Positions 61,672 to 64,000 of a DNA stretch of 64,000 nt are shown here, piece by piece. Source of the DNA: Dimorphilus gyrociliatus. Lineage: Eukaryota > Animalia > Annelida. Where the stretch lies: NCBI GenBank assembly GCA_904063045.1, contig CAJFCJ010000012.1, positions 744,001 through 808,000 on the forward strand, in the 5' to 3' direction. The first letter of the stretch is position 1. Every line of letters starts with the position of its first letter. Position numbers and translations under genes: made by a program. The notes beneath the pieces are model-generated. The model worked only from the letters and a program-made list of their open reading frames with translations, had not been told where the DNA came from and ran no database searches.

Positions 61672-64000
61672 ATGGGAAAGAGGAAAACGAAGACAACCAG
61701 GAATTTGGTACTGTTCCTTTAAGAGATTATGGGAATCTTGCACATGTCCCATATGGAGATGAAGAACAAGACGCTCAAAGTAAGTAATTGAAGATAGGAC
61801 ATGGAAACTTTTTAGTATAGAAAAAGAAGATGTTTATTTCAAGGAAAATTGTCTAATTTCTATTAAATGAAGTTAAATTTCTGTTAAATGCGTAATAAAT
61901 ATTCGATACAAAGGGTGAATGCTTTATAACTTTTTGAAATTGATAAATTAGATTGGGCATAGTTTGCTATCTATCATATGAAATCTGCGGCACGGATCGC
62001 CACTGTCATTTAAATAAGACATTTTCATTGTATATTGGTAGATTTAACCCTAATATTTATTGTATAAAATTTAGTATATACTGTATATATCTATATAAAC
62101 ATACAATCAAGCTTTTATTAATATTTATAAAACGTATTAATATTGTTAAATTGTTCTTGAAATGTGTTTTTCACATATATATATGTGCAAAGATAGATAA
62201 CTTGTTAGGTGAATGAACTTTCATTAACCTTTTATAGGGTTTATCTCATAAAAGCATTTTTCCACAGTCAGCAAATTTTAAATTTTGTTTCTGTCCCTTT
62301 TAGCTTCAATGAACTAGATATATAGGCTCAGGTTTGAGAGAGTTTCCCTCATCTAAATATAAAGAAGAATTAGGTGAATGGAATTTTTCTCACCCCGATT
62401 CTTTCGTAGGACGTCTGAACTGTGAGTCACCTTTACATATGGGTCACTCATTTCCACGTATCAAGTTCAAATCACTTTCCCAAGGTTCTGTTGTACAAAA
62501 TTTAAAAATTTGACCAAATTTCCTTTTAATATGTTTATTGGTTTATTAACCAACTTTCTAGTTATATCTTTATTACTTAATAGTTTAAAAATTTGATGAT
62601 ATTAACTACTTTGAAATATTATTCTCTACGAAGGTTGAATAAGCGGATAAATCCTAAATTAGAATACCAGGGCATATTGTGGGTTGTACTGTTACTCAGC
62701 AATTTCTTTAATTTTAACTTTCTATATCCAGAGTAACTTTTTGGGTATTCGTTGACTTTGTTTAAAAGTGAATGCTTACGTGATTTTTGTATCGACAGAA
62801 AAAGAGAATCTGTTTCATTAAAACAGAATTTTCTCCTAGGTCATCATAGGGAACATTATGTCGTCCCATCCATGTTTACTGCCTTACATGGACAACCGAA
62901 GAGTACTCATGATTCTTTTAGAAGAGGCCGTCATAGGAGGCGTCGAGCAATGTCTATAGAATCTAAAAGAGGGGTAGATCAAATTTTTCATTTTCTTCAT
63001 TATTTCATTTAATAAATATTATTGTTTTGAAATGTAGAATCACTCAAAAGATGGAAAGAAGAAAAAATCCAATACTGAAGTGGTAGAAGAAAATAAAGAA
63101 GAAACAACCCCAAAATTTCCATTTCCTTTACCAAGAAGCGAAAGTACTACTACTCAAAATAGCTCTGATGGTCGAACGATGACTATGATGCAAAGTTATT
63201 ATTCTTTAATCAGTTATTTAAGTTTAGAGATAATTCAATTTACACTACTTTAAAGGGAATTCTTCGTCTCATCGTATGCAAGAATTACTGGAAGGAAAAC
63301 ACGACGACGATGACGATGACAAAGAACACATTGATCATACACCGCATACTCTTTTCTGTGAAATGGATGTCCTGAGAATAGAGAGTTCTGGAGAAAAACA
63401 ATTTCATGAAACAGCTAGATGGTTAAAATTTGAAGAAGATGTCGAAGAAGAAGGAGAGAGATGGTCAAAACCTCACGTCGCTGCCCTTCCGCTCCATTCT
63501 CTTTTTCAACTTAGAGATATGTTTGCTAGTAGATGCGCTTTCTGTTTTGATATCCTTGCCAGAACGAGAGGGACAATTCTAGGTAAGAAAGAACAAGAAA
63601 ATTAATAAAACATCTTCTAATACATTAGTATAAATTAATTTTTCTTTTACATAAAGAAAATATCATGGATGAATTATGTAACATGAGCCTTCTCCAAGAA
63701 AGTAAAAAGGAAGATGTTTATAGAATTATGATGGCTAATGTTGTTCATTTACACGAAGTTGGCAAGCATAATCACAGCGGCTTACCAATAATAAGAAGCA
63801 TGAAGGAAATCGCTGACAGAAAAATGTCTAGAAAAAGCAATAGTATGGAGGGTAAAGAATTTAAACCAAAATTTTCATCGACGATTATTAATATTCATTT
63901 ACTTTATTTAGATGATGAAGGGTCGCTATCGAGGAGATCAAGTACAGCAAGTTTAAATGGTATGCCAAATGTAGTTCATAAGGTAGTTTTATTATTGAAT
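61672..64000 (+). CDS. SLC4 bicarbonate transporter/anion exchanger, 5' part (runs off the window)
   Basis: [11 protein letters not shown]...[37 protein letters not shown] is the SLC4 (band 3) cytoplasmic-domain signature; several upstream and downstream exons join in phase. Confidence 0.9.

Noticed and set aside
1-64000. CRISPR arrays, rRNA, intact transposons, prokaryotic operons
   Set aside because: None seen. The only long tandem repeat has no spacers and is coding, and the multi-exon genes have spliceosomal introns.

Overview
Eukaryotic, very AT-rich, gene-dense window with mostly short (about 50-110 nt) GT-AG introns and (TA)n/(GA)n microsatellites. The gene families and compactness fit a small-genome invertebrate; a lophotrochozoan such as a miniature annelid is an inference I cannot confirm. 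I built about 20 protein-coding gene models by hand from splice signals and reading phase: a secreted NTF2/DUF4440-like protein, an ankyrin-SOCS-box protein, a clan-2 cytochrome P450, two EF-hand genes, a type II SEA-mucin-EGF-chitin-binding protein, a class C and a class A GPCR, SLC10, a DM9 lectin-like protein, an Rv2258c-type methyltransferase, the 5' part of an SLC4, and several orphans. There is also one tRNA-Leu(AAG) gene. The standout is a 16-exon DEG/ENaC channel gene (44719-52458, minus), roughly 2,200-2,300 aa by my estimate. Its finger region carries an inserted PAN-MAM-kringle-LDLa-MAM-LDLa-MAM-MAM-LDLa cassette, a KRRKR furin-type site and a 10x39-bp Gly/Thr repeat. Its knuckle region carries a second, roughly 480-aa helical insertion. 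Other notable items are a palindromic 21-nt intron in tRNA-Leu(AAG), a GPR158/179-like receptor with no visible ectodomain, and recurrent TACTGTA/TACAGTA motifs in TA runs that resemble Tc1/mariner excision footprints. No database search was run; all family calls rest on motif recognition.
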